The notes under the pieces: model-generated
Databases searched by the model: none
The model's input: the letters and a program-made list of their open reading frames with translations, nothing else
Told to the model about the DNA's origin: nothing
Program-made: the position numbers and the translations under genes
Shown here: positions 28,413 to 39,601 of the stretch, in pieces
How positions within the stretch are numbered: position 1 is the stretch's first letter
Layout: every line of letters starts with the position of its first letter
Origin: Heptranchias perlo
Taxonomy: Eukaryota
Assembly (NCBI RefSeq): GCF_035084215.1
Contig: NC_090353.1
Span: forward strand, 13,082,001-13,146,000
Direction of reading: 5' to 3'
DNA length: 64,000 nt

Positions 28413-29116
28413 CAGTGGGAGTAATTTTAATTCTGCGCAATGGTATCAAATGGACGATATCGATTAAGCCGTCCATTATTCAACCCTCGCCCTGATTTTC
28501 TTTTCCATTGACATCAGTCGGGTGGCGTGTATAATGGACGGCGTGTATAATGGGCAGGATGTATAACGGGCGGGGCGTGTAATGGGCGGGGCGTATAACG
28601 GGCATATAACTGGTGGGGTGTGTAATGGATGGAGTGTATAACAGGTGGGGTGTATAATAGGCAGGGCGTATAACGGGCGGGGCGTGTAACGGGCGTATAA
28701 CGGGTGGAGTTTGTAACGGGCGGGGCATATAACGTGCAAGGCGTGTAACGGGCAGGGTGTGTAACGGGCGGGGCGTGTAACGGGCATATAACGGGCAAGG
28801 CGTATTACGGGCGGGGCATGTAGCGGGCGTATAACAGGCGGGGTGTATAACGGGCAGGGCGTATTACGGGCGGGGCATGTAGTGGGCGTATAACAGGCGG
28901 GGTGTATAACAGACAGGGCATGTAACAGGCGGGGTGTATAATGAGCAGGGTGTATAATGGGCGGGGCGTGTAATGGGCGGGGTGTATAACGGTCGGGGCA
29001 TGTAACGGGCGGGGTGTATAATGGGCGGGGCATGTAACGGGCAGGGTGTATAACGGGCAACCAGTTCGATAATGCCCATTTCACACCATCACCCAAAGTT
29101 AAAATTACTCCCACTG
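28413..29116. mobile_element. MITE (Harbinger-like TIRs) with an internal G-rich minisatellite (~28520-29060)
   Basis: Perfect 18-bp inverted ends CAGTGGGAGTAATTTTAA / TTAAAATTACTCCCACTG and an internal array of GGGCGGGG(Y)RTRTAAC units. Confidence 0.75.
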
Positions 29117-30377
29117 GCAGGATGTTGAACTACAGAGAGGTTTCCAAACGAGCCCCAATCTTGTCCCCATCTCTCGTCCATACAAACGGCCTTTCCAGCA
29201 GATGGTCACTGATAAACAGTCAGAGTGAGAGTCCTAACTATCCAATTAAATTTCATCATTTTTTTTCTGTACCTAATTTCTCTTTTTAAAAGAAACTTTC
29301 AAACACTCCACCCCATTTTTCTTCTTCCTCCTTCTCCCACTACCAATTTGACTCCACGGCCAACAAAAACTCCAGAAGACTGGTGAATGATATTGTTGCA
29401 CTCTAAAGATGACCAGATAAATCTCTGATGAGGTTTTACTTGATAAACAGGGCTGCCAACAAGCTGATGAACCTATCCATAACACAGAGGACAAGAACAC
29501 ACCTGGACTCATCCGTGGTGCGCTAAGGGTTCAAAAGGGGACTTCTGAGCTACCGGCATTGGAAGAGTTAACACGCGAATAGTCATGTGACTGCAAAGCA
29601 ATTAAATGTGTTGTCATTGACCGGAGGCTGTTACACTGTGTTTGGGTTTTATGTCCCCTTTATCTTGCTAGGAGGGTACCCTGTAATTCTGCCTGAGGTA
29701 TTGTAACTCTCCCTGGGAGGTAGTTTCTTAGATGTCAACAGTTTGGCATTTTAGAACCAGCAGCTAAGGCAAAAAGTTGCCTCTGCCATCTCATTTATCT
29801 GGTCTGCTATCTTGGCTCTGAACACGGATGGATTGAGCCCACAGATACAGAGCAGAAATACGAGAGCTGGTTCAGCAATCGCCCGCGGCTTGTAAGGAGC
29901 AGCCCTGGCAAGGGCAGGTCAGAGAATCAAGGGCCCGTGACCTGTGATTTCCCTGGAGGTTGTGGGGGTGTGATTTCCTGACTTGCTCTACCAGCGGGTG
30001 CATTCCACACTGGAAACACCCGAGTGCAGGATCAGCCTACAGTTTCCCATTGCTAACTCATACGAACCTTCCCCCCACCTCCACCAAAGAAATCAGGGAG
30101 GTTCCTGGCCATACATGGTAACTGCTCATGTGTAACTTGAACTGTTCTGTAATACACTCGGGGCAAATTCAGTCACGATTCCAAGTGCACTGGAAATGGT
30201 TGTGAATACAAATGGCACACAAGTTGGTCTAATGCTCCCGGGATTTAAATTCAGCTTGTAAAACGAGAAAGGGGCAAAGGTGCAGCTTTTCCTTGTTCGG
30301 CTAATTCTACCCCCCTCAATTACAGCCTGTACCTCATTGTTCTCTCTTTTTTTTGCTTCCTCTCTTTCTCTCCACAG

Positions 30378-30564
30378 AAGCAGCCAAGGATACATGCACA
30401 TGAAGTTCAGCAGAACGAAAGACTGCAAGTACATTCTCGGCCAGAACAGCCCACCGTTTGACAGTATTCCAGAGGTCATAAACCACTACACAAGCCACAA
30501 GCTGCCAATTAAAGGGGCTGAACATCTCTCCCTGCTGTTTCCTGTGACGGTACAAACACTGTGA
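30378..30564 (+). CDS. SHD: SH2-domain adaptor, last coding exon: (R)SSQGYMHMKFSRTKDCKYILGQNSPPFDSIPEVINHYTSHKLPIKGAEHLSLLFPVTVQTL*
   Basis: The acceptor is tctctttctctccacag|A. The phase-2 junction AG+A gives Arg and joins the 5390-5509 exon in frame, completing the SH2 domain. The GAEHLSLL C-terminus is typical of the family, and MKF and terminal QT resemble SHD. Confidence 0.9.
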
Positions 30565-31507
30565 CTGGAGCGTAGGCAGCTGCCTGAAGCACGGCTATAA
30601 AAAGGAAAGGAATCTGTGGGGGAAAGAAAAGGAGACTTATCTTAATGGACATAGAACGTCAACAAGATTTCAACCACCTGGTTTATGATACAGCGACTGG
30701 AGCCCAATTGGATACAGGGCTCCAGAGGGCAGAGTTCCATTTCTGGACTGTGATATAATTGCAGGCCAAAGCTGTTGAATATCTCATTTCCTGGGCTTGT
30801 GTTTCAAAGATTGTGGTGAATTGGATCATGACTGTTGCTGAACTCACTTCTAAAGAGTCAGTCACTCATTTACTGGGAATATACGGAATGTCTTTTATTT
30901 CTCCTGCGGTTCCCTCCTCCCCTCCGCCCCCTCCTGAATACAATACTATGGGCCCCTGACATCCTCCAGTACTTCACCCAAGTGGCCATGTGCGAGCCTA
31001 GTCACTGAGTGATGGCTGGCTGTTTTATCATGAGTGCATCACAGCCAAGCCCAATTATGTCTCCCCCCGACTTCCACACACATGCCCTTTCAGCAGGGAT
31101 GGGGATCCAAGGATAGCGATCTGGAGTGGGGTATCCCTGATCGACTTTCCCCCCCCCGCCACCGCCACCATTCCTGATACAATGGTCAATTGTCATTTCC
31201 TACCCTGACTGAGATTAGCCATATTAGTACAAACCAGGGATCTTCCTGGTCTATGTTGCTCAGTACCACACTGTGCGGTGCCATTATCAACTGAAGTATT
31301 GGGAGGGGAAGGGGGGATTGACATGGAATGTCTTGAGGAGGCTCCAGTGTAATACGTGTTTTCTATTTTCAATAATATTTTCTGTAAATATCTAACAATT
31401 TTTATAAAATACGCTTGGAAGAAATGTCTGAACGCATAATTCACATATGAGGAGGCTTAGAGGAGTGGCCATAGATTGTTCTGTGCAGAGGTTTAAGAAA
31501 TGACAGC

Positions 31508-31513
31508 AATAAA
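31508..31513 (+). promoter_or_regulatory. Candidate polyadenylation signal for SHD
   Basis: AATAAA about 950 nt after the stop, downstream of an AU-rich segment (31360-31440). Confidence 0.35.
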
Positions 31514-32573
31514 AGTAATTAAATAGAGAGCAAAGTGAGTAATGTAATGAGAGGAAGAGGCCATTACTTGAAGCTATCTCATTCTCTGGCGACATTACGT
31601 TTTCAAATCCCAATTTTTCTTTTGCCAATTTAAGCTTTGCAGCCTGGCCATAGGTGGCACATACCAATGTTTTTCTTGCTTATTTAGTCTTTTCTATCTC
31701 TCTCCCTCTGTCTGTCTGAGCCTTTCCATCTGGTTCTCTTCGTACATGCCTCTCTCATCCTTTGTGTCTCCTTCCATCCATCTGCCCTCCTTCATTTTGT
31801 CTATCTCTTCCTCACTGTTTGCCTGTCCTGTCCATCTGTCTCTCCTTCCCTCTATCTATCTGTCTTTCCTTCCTTGTCCGCGTTTCTCATTCCCTTCAGC
31901 TAAGCTCCCTTCTTCCTGACTCTCTACCTGCCCCTGCCTGTTTCTCTCCATGTGTGTGCCTCCCTCTCTCTCTCACACTATCTTACACACCGAATATCCC
32001 AAAACTGAGACAGGTCACATGGCTGAGATTTAGCAGAGCACCTGGCTCAGTGGTTGTACTTATTCCAAGCTGGAATCCTTTACTACAGACTCCCTGAACA
32101 ACTGTGATGACAGTAATCCCCTCACAACTCCATCATCATCACAGTCATAACCTGATTTTAACAGAGCCATTTATTGTAACCCCACCACTGACAGTGCTAT
32201 GATAAACGAGCAACTTCTAATTACATCAAGCACAACAGAGAGTTTGTATTGTTACAACAGAATAATGACACAGAATTTTCCTGGGCTTAATATGAAATAT
32301 TACCACGAGAGAACGAATATTAACAAGTGTAATGACATTTTTTTTTGGTTCATTTTCCTCCTGTCCTCAAGGTGCTGACTCCCCCTGGACTATGGTTCCA
32401 CATGTGCCATTTATCCTCCAGTACCTCACCCATGTGTGAAGCCAGACTACGAATGTCTGTGGGCTGTTCTACCATATGGGCCACCACAGCTGAGCCTAGT
32501 CCTGGCCTCTCACTATGTCCACACAAGTGCACTTTCAAACAGGGGTCACTGGATAGCCACCAGGAGTGGGAAC

Positions 32574-32940
32574 AGTAGTGTAATGGTTATGCTACTGGAC
32601 TAGTGATCCAGGAGAACCTGAGTCCAAATCCCACCATGGCAGTTTGAGCATTTGAATTCAGTTTTTAAAAAAAATCTGGAAACAAAACGCTGGTAAAAGT
32701 GACCATGAAGCTGTCAGATTGTCGTAAAAACACAACTGGTTCACTAATGTCCTTTAGGGAAGGAAAGCTGCCGTCCTTACCCAGTCTGGTCTACATGTAA
32801 CTCCAGTGTCACACCAACGTGGTTGACACTTAGCTGTCCTCTGAAGTGGTCCAGAAAGCCAACTGAAGGCAACTAAGAATGAGCAATAAATGCCGGACTT
32901 GCTGGCGACGTCTACATCCCGAGAATGAATTTTAAAAATG
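32574..32940 (+). mobile_element. tRNA-derived SINE sharing its 3' tail with the LINE at 54030-54597
   Basis: The head has A/B-box-like TAGTGTAATGG ... GAGTCCAAATCCC and the tail reads GCAATAAATGCCGG...GGCGACGTCTACATCCCGAGAATGAAT. A reverse copy lies at ~57070-57440. Confidence 0.6.
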
Positions 32941-33204
32941 AATACTCGCCAATGTAGCTCAGGCACTCTGACACCCAACTTGAACACCTGTCTTCTGCCC
33001 TGTCTCAGGACAAGTAGTTCAGCACAGACCGGGGGATCAAACCTGGGAATTTCTGGTCTGTGTGGCCCATTTGCACGTAACAGAACCATCTGGGTTATAT
33101 TCAGTGGAAATGAACGAGAACCTGTCTACATCAGAAAGCTATCCCGAACCCTGAGATTCCGATACTCCTGATCTGCCACCAGGAATTATTTTTTTTGTTG
33201 TTGA

Positions 33205-33632
33205 AGTGTCAGTTTGACTCAAGTTAGCACTCACCTCTGAACTGGAAGATTGTGTGTTCAAGCTCCTTCCCAGCATTTGAACCCATAGCCTGGGCTGACA
33301 CTTCAGTACAATACTGAGGGAGTGCTGCATTGTCAGAGGTGCCATCTTTCAGATCGGACATTAAACCCAGGCCCTGTCTGCCTGTTCAAGTAAAAGACCC
33401 CTTGGCATTATGTGAAGAAGAGCAGAAAAGATCTCCTGAGGCCCTGGTCAACATTTATCCCTCAAACAACACCACCAAAATCAGATTAACTGGTCATCTA
33501 TCTCATTATTGTCTGTGCCACATCTGCCCATATAACAATTGTGACTACACTTCAAAAGTAATTAATTGAAATAGCTGTGAAGTGCTTTGGAATGACATGG
33601 AAATGCTACATAAATGCAAGTGTTTTCTTTCT
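33205..33632 (+). mobile_element. Near full-length DeuSINE-like SINE
   Basis: Same head, central domain and ...ATAAATGCAAG..TTTCTTT tail as the 12212-12578 copy. Confidence 0.7.
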
Positions 33633-35277
33633 TCTCACTATCTCTGTGTTGCCGTGAATAATCCGTGGTGACCTTATTCAAAGTAAGGTCAGAAAACTCC
33701 CTGTTCAGTCACACAAGCACCAAAGCCTGTAAAGGTAGGGTCAGCTTCACCGGAACTGAGGACTTTGCCATTTTTATGTTGGTTAGGCCATAGAGAGAGT
33801 AGTAGCCAAGTAGAGACATGAGTACCACACTCCTCCGATTCTCCCGCTGTGATTTGCACGGTTTGCGGATCCCGATGCAGAAAAGTTTGGGTCACGGCCA
33901 CTGTCGTAGCCACAAAATTCTTCTCCTTGAGGTGCTGCAGCTAGCAAATGATTATGGTAAACCTGTCCTGAAGAATTTAGCTCTTTGTGTTTATGTGGGA
34001 TTTATATTTCTGGCTCAAAATCAACATTTGGATCAATACAAAATCCAGTAGATGGCCCCAATCAGATAATGTGGAGAATAAATTGGGCTTCAATGTAATC
34101 TCACTGCGAAGACTTGTACGTCTGAAATCCGCGAAATCGTCTTTTTTTAATCCAATCTATCCCGCACAGCATCCAGTTGGTCTATTAGACGGTTTTTCTC
34201 TCCTCACTTTGGGACGTCTTGAGGTCATGAAAGGCGCTATATAAATATCCATCTGCCTTTTTCTTTTTTTTTCTTTTCCTTTCTTTCTAGCTGTTGGCCC
34301 CTTTTTGACATCGATTTCCACCGGTGAGGTCGGCCGTCTCACCCAACCAGTTATTCCTCGACTGAGCACAGACAGCGCTGAAGATGAGTTGGGTCCATCG
34401 GTCTGCACCTCCAATTCTGGATTGTGACTCGCTGCCTGCTCTCTTCACCCTATTCTCGGAGGCTGATCTTTCACCCTCAATGCCCTGCTCTCCAGAGCTC
34501 CTTTCCAAATGCCTTGTTACCTCCTTCCTACCTTCCAAAGCCTCCTAAAAACCTATCTCTTTGGCTGTGCGTTTGGTTCCCCTTTCCCCTTAATCCTTCC
34601 TTTCTCCTGCTAGGCAAACCCTTGTAAACTGCTGAGAGATGTTTTTCTGTGTTGAGGGTTGCCCTATGGATGTCAGTTGGTGTTGGGGGCTAGGGTGGAG
34701 GAGTTAGCCTAGCAAAGAGATGAGTCAGCCAAAGGGCCTATAGTTGTCCTTGACTTTTCATATGCTGTTATCTCATTCAACCATGGGGGCCTGATCCAGT
34801 CCTCACCTGTCAGCCAGAAAGGGGGTCACTGGATACCAACCAGGAATGGGAACGCTGCCTGCTTCGCTGTGTGCACAAAATCACGCTCACCTATCGCTCC
34901 TCGCAGATCTCCACGGGGTTCCTCCCCCCCGCTGCTCCAAATTCAGTATCTTTGCCCTTGTTTACAAACCTCGCCATGGCCCACCTGACCTCTGCACTCT
35001 GTTTTAACTCTGCATCCCAGCCTGTGGCCTGCACCCTCCCAGCATTCCTTATTACTCTGTGGCACAGCCTACAGTTGTCCCCACTCCCTGGAACGTCCTT
35101 CCTAAACCTCTCTGCTTTGCAACTTCGCTCTGTGCATTTAAAAGCCTCCTAAAAGCAATCTTTTTGACTGCGCTTTCAGTTAATTGTCCTAATATTTATA
35201 CTATTGCTCTGTCGATCTCCCACAGGAAATTTGGGACATTTTATTACATTAAAGGAGCTGTACAAATGCAAGATATT

Positions 35278-35727
35278 CATAGAATCATACAGAATCATAG
35301 AATCATACAGCACTGGAGGAGGCCGTTCAGCCCATCGGCCTGTGCTAGCTCTTTGAATGGGCTCTCCAATTAGTCCTACTCCCCTGCTCTTTCCACAAAG
35401 CCCTGCAAAATTTTCCCCTTCGAGTATTTATCCAATTCCCTTTCGAAAGTTACTATTGAATCTGCTTCCACCGCCCTTTCAGGCAGTGAATTCCAAATCA
35501 TAAAAAACTCGCTGTGTAAAAAAATGTCTCCTCATCTTCCCCCTGGTTCTTTTGCCAATTACCTTAAATCTGTGTCCTCTGGTTACCGACCCTCCTGCCA
35601 CTGGAAACAGTTTCTCCTTATTTACTCTATCAAAACCCCTCATGATTTTGAACACCTCTATTAAATCTCCTCTTAACATTCTCTGCTCTAAGGAGAACAA
35701 TCCCAGCTTCTCTCGTCTCTCCACATG
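35278..35727 (-). mobile_element. CR1 LINE 3' fragment
   Basis: Translates LGLFSLEQRMLRGDLIEVFKIMRGFDRV...TRGHRFKV; (CATAGAAT)n tail at 35278-35308. Confidence 0.9.
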
Positions 35728-36256
35728 CTGTTGGGTATAAATCTGTCACTGCACCGATTCACCAATTTACGCTCCCTTCAACTGTGGGCTTCCCGCTGGG
35801 AGTGCAGGATCAGTGTATTTACCCTTGTAGGTGTAGATGGAGCAGATTTAGAGCAACAGCAGCTTTTTATTCATTATAGAACTGCGTTCAATACAAGCAG
35901 TTCCACAATATAACTGTGCGCTTAGATTCTGGAGAAACACATCTAAGAATCTGATTCCATGATTGATATTTGCAATCAGCAGGACAATAGCTGCACGGGT
36001 GCTTTTTATGGCATTAGAGGGCCACCTGGTGGTGATGATTAATACTTCAACTGCTATGAGCACCATCCTATACCAGAAACCTGGAAAATTGCAAAGAGAG
36101 TATAAACCTCACTAAAATAGCAGAAAAAAGTCCTTGCATTTATATAGTGCCTTCTACTTTTGAATTACGATCACTGTTGTTATGTAGGCAGGTGCAACAG
36201 CCAATTGCACACAGCAAGGTCCCACAAACAGCAAATGAGACTAAAGACCAGTTCAT

Positions 36257-38283
36257 GGGCCCGATGTTAGCAGGGCTGCGGGTTCTCGGCGGGGGGGCTA
36301 TCGGGCGCGTGAAATTAGACAGTTTCCCGCGCGATCGTAGCAGACAATCCACTAATTGGATCCACTTACCTGCTCCTCCGGGTTCCCCACTGCTGATCTG
36401 CGTGTCGGGCGGGCTGCGCATGCGTAGTAAGATCTGTCAGCTGGAGGCGCTCTATTTAAAGGGGCAGTCCTCCACCGACAGATGCTGCAACAAATAGAAA
36501 AAATTACAGCATGGAGCAGCCCAGGGGGAAGGCTGCTCTCAGTTTAATGATGCCTCACCCCAGGTATCAATACATGGGGTGAGGAGGAGGGGGAGGACAG
36601 AGATCTTCCTCCCGGCGGGCGGGAGGAAGCGGCCTGCCTCTGCCACCAGGAAGGCCTGGCTCGAGGTGGCAGAGGAGGTCACCAGCGCCACCAACATATC
36701 GCCCACCTGCACACAGTGCAGGAGGCGCTCCAATGACCTCAGTAGGTCAGCCAAAGTGAGCACACGTAGTCTTTCCCCTACACTCCGTCTGCCACATCAC
36801 TGCCCCCACCCCAAATCTCCTTCGGCACTGCCAACACTACTCTGTCACATCACCCCTCATACCCACTCAAACCTCATCCTCATCTTACCTGCACCTACTC
36901 ACCTCGCCAGTACTCATCCAGCCACTACCACTCAACCCAATCCTCATACAATCTCATGGCTCTATCTCATACTCACCCTCTCGTGCATCTCTTTCACGGT
37001 CAGCCTCACTCAACCTGCCACTACCTGTGCTGCAGCCACAGGGCATGCATCACATATGTGCAGTAGGAAGCGTAAGGCAAACGTGTCGTGAGCATGAAGG
37101 GGATGCACAAGGGTGTTTGAGGGTTTGTCATGGGTGTTACTTATATTGAATTTCTGACCAACTCACATTACATATTATATTGGCACCACTACTGCCATGT
37201 CTTCGCGAATCCTGTCTGGCTTGTGCAATAATGCCCGCTCCTGAGGATCACTATGAGGACCCACAACTGATGCCACCCATTGTGTCACTGCAGAGTGGGT
37301 GTAGGTGTATTTGCAGGGCTCTTTTGCGCAGACGACTGAGAGACGTCGGCGATGTCCCCGGTTGCACCCTGGAAGGATGCGGAGGAGAAGTTGTTGAGGG
37401 CAGTGGTGACTTTGACAGCGACAGGTAAGAAGATGGTGCTCGGGCCAGCCGGGAGCAGCTCGGCATGAAGGAGGCTGCAGATGTCCACGACTACATGTCG
37501 AGTGACTCTGAGCCTCCGTGTGCACTGCTGCTCAGAGAGGTCCAGGAGGCTGAGCCTCGGTCTGTGGACCCTGTGGCGAGGGTAGTGCCCTCTGCGACGC
37601 ATCTCTCTCTGCGGTTGCCCTCCCTCCTGCTGTGCAGGTGGATGTGTCACAGCACTCTGTTGTGGAGCTCCACGTGTCAGAGGTGGACGGCGTGGCCGGC
37701 GAGGCTGGTGAGGCTGTTTGCCCTCCGAGGAGGTCATGACTGCAGCTAAGGCGGCCCCCATCCACAAGATGTCCATCTGAGGGGGTCCGCAAGGTAGGTA
37801 CATGTCTCCGGACCCCAGGGTAAGTGTGTAGGTTGGTGACTTTGACTGTCAGGAGGGGGGTGGTGGAGGCCAATCTTTGTCCCAAGTGACAGAGTGGCCT
37901 CCTGCAATGGGTGAGGGTCTCCACCTGTCAAATGGACCTTTGCAGCTGCCACAGGCTGACAGCTGCAACACGTCCATTTGACCTGGGAGTGTTTCCCCCA
38001 GTGTGGGAAACAGTCCCACTTTGTTCTAAAATCCCACATAATCCCTTAATCAGGTCAGTTAATGACCTGAAATACCTAAATAAATACTCTCAAGCGGCAT
38101 CCCGCTGGCTTTAATTGCCTGCGGGATTCCCACCAGCGGGGGCTGCGCGCGCACGCCGGCGCGTCCGTGGGGAACCCGGAAGTGGGCGGGATCGAGACGG
38201 GATCCGGTCCCGCTCGGGATTTCCGATTTTCGGGGCCCCCACCGCCGAGAACGCACCCGATAGCGGGTGGTAAAATCACCCCC
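36257..38283. mobile_element. PIF/Harbinger DNA transposon, internally deleted, with convergent Myb/SANT-like (+, ~36511-36756) and transposase (-, ~37180-37761) remnants
   Basis: The + strand encodes RKAWLEVAEEV...TCTQCRRRSNDL (MADF/Myb-like). The - strand encodes LSEQQCTRRLRVTR...LPVAVKVTTALNNFSSASFQGATGDIADVSQSS (HARBI1-like N-terminus). It has imperfect GGG-start TIRs and a 3-bp TSD CAT, and it splits a DeuSINE copy. Confidence 0.88.
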
Positions 38284-39601
38284 CATCTGTTTTTAGTGGT
38301 AGTGTTTGAGGGAGATTGTTAGACAGAACGCTGGGAGAAATCTCCGCTCTTGGTCAAACAGTACTGACACTTCTGTACTTGGACACTCAGCATCTGCTGT
38401 AGAAATTAGGCCCGTATGTTTGTCTGTTATGAAAGTAGCTTCAGCTTTTTGAAATTAAAGAATTCTGACCCATTTAAAATCAAATTAACCATGCATTTGG
38501 AAACGGAATCCTTTGCAGAGTGATGGCATTGTGAACTCTTCAGGAGAGTAATCAGCACCTACCCTCCTATCCTGCTGGAGTGCAGTTCCACGGACACTGT
38601 AGGAACTTAGGCAGTGAGTTTAAGACGCTCCTTAAAACCTACCTCATTGACCAAGCTTTTGGTCACCTGTCCTAATATCTCCTTATGTGTCTCGTGTCAT
38701 ATTTTGTTTGATAACACTCCTGTGAAGCGCCTTGGGACAATTTACTACGTCAAAGGCGCTATATAAATGCAAGCTGTTGTTGCTGAGTGTCAGGAGGCTA
38801 TTCGACCGTGGGGGGTATTGTAGCAAAGCCCAATCCTGTCCTCGTCCGTCATGCACTTGCATATGTTTTCCTGCAGGGGTCACTGGATAGCGGCCAGGAG
38901 CAGGAACCTGGGCTGATTTTTCTCCAGAGCCAATTGTCAAGCCCAGGTGGGATCAGCTAAATCAGCACAGAGCTGTGATCAAACCTTCTCGGTCTGTAGG
39001 ACTCAGTTCCACACCGGGCGGTGCATTTACTAACGGAGCCACCGTAGAGCTAATGAAAGCTGCTTTCATATTGTGCTCAGATCCCCGTGCCTCTAGCTGT
39101 AACTCCCGAAGTCCGGCTCTTGCACAGACAAGTCGCAAACCCAAACTTGCCGCGATTCGGCCAGCGGCAGAGCAGTAACCCATAATAACCAGTCTTCCTG
39201 GCAGCCGCAATGGCCACGATCTCCACAGACATCGCAGAAGGATTCAAATTGAAAAACAACAAGTACATCATCATCTGGAGGTTTCCTATTTCCCTGCTCC
39301 CCCCCTCTACCCCACCTCATGTGCAGCTTGGTCAGCATCTGAAAGAGAAAGATAGGTTAACATTTTGGGTGGAGTCCCTTCACCCGGTTACGTCATTCAA
39401 AATGAGACATTAAACTGAGGTGCTGCCTGGCTGATCAGGTAAATGTTAGAAACCATAATTAAAAAATGATGGTCTGATGTTCTGAGAGGATGAAAGCAAA
39501 TGGGCTGAATGGCCTTCTTCATTCAAACCCATTTTGTAAAACGCTAACTTGTCTTTTCTTTTTCGGGTGCTGACAGGCCAGCTGTGCGTTGCTAGCTAGT
39601 T

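Noticed and set aside
28476-29114. 212-aa Pro/Tyr/Thr-rich ORF
   Set aside because: It is a by-product of the minisatellite within a MITE and is open in several frames.
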